Part shown: in pieces, positions 63,680 to 64,000 of the stretch
Layout of the letters: each line of letters opens with the position of its first letter
Position numbering within the stretch: the stretch's first letter is position 1
DNA from: the human T2T-CHM13v2.0 reference genome, Homo sapiens
Assembly (NCBI RefSeq): GCF_009914755.1
Contig: NC_060947.1
Direction: 5' to 3' (one strand)
DNA: 64,000 nucleotides
The notes under the pieces: model-generated
The model's input: the letters and a program-made list of their open reading frames with translations, nothing else
Database searches by the model: none
What the model was told of the DNA's origin: nothing
Position numbers and translations under genes: made by a program

Positions 63680-63860
63680 ACAGTGCTACAGAGAGAAAAC
63701 ATGACCGAGACATCAGAAGACAAGGGTTTGATTCCTGATTCTGCCACTTACCAGTTACATGGCCTGGGGAAAGTTGTTTTACCTTGGACAGCCTCAGTTT
63801 CCTCATCTGTAAAATGGAAGTAGTAATAATAATCTCTGCCAGGCTACCTCATGGGGATAT
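63680..63860 (+). mobile_element. MIR SINE
   Basis: gcctcagtttcctcatctgtaaaatgg MIR core; boundaries approximate. Confidence 0.8.
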
Positions 63861-64000
63861 AATAATGCTCAAAGGAATCTTATCGGGATATTTATTTTAC
63901 TCCTATAATAGAATGAAACCTCTGTGAGAGGAGAGATCATTGGCTGTCTTGTTGGTCAGCATATCCCCAGTATTTTGAACAAGGCTTGTTACACACAGTA

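Overview
Primate (most likely human) genomic DNA containing the first eight coding exons of PASD1 on the + strand. PASD1 is the X-linked cancer/testis gene related to CLOCK/NPAS2. The spliced CDS in the window is 717 nt (239 aa, MKMRGEKRRDKVNPKSSQ...EPAAAAAAAAISD) and includes the PAS-A domain; the gene continues beyond the window. The introns are dominated by L1, L2, MIR, Alu, MaLR LTRs, hAT-Charlie MER elements and one SVA. The main result is a readable fossil record of how a CLOCK/NPAS2-type bHLH-PAS-A-PAS-B activator became a repressor. (1) Two dead PAS-B exons lie in order, in phase and with splice sites in the 23-kb intron (55333-55432 and 60010-60152; the second keeps [13 protein letters not shown]). 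(2) The ancestral NPAS2-like start (MNEDERGKEKR) survives as an out-of-frame ATG 4 nt upstream of the current start and forms an overlapping 31-aa uORF. (3) A weaker candidate relic of the bHLH exon lies at about 16284-16370. Also notable: two L1PA fragments 15.4 kb apart share private mutations and nearly the same truncation point, and one of them appears to be an Alu-L1 chimeric insertion. All CLOCK/NPAS2/PASD1 and repeat-consensus comparisons are from recall, not from a database search.
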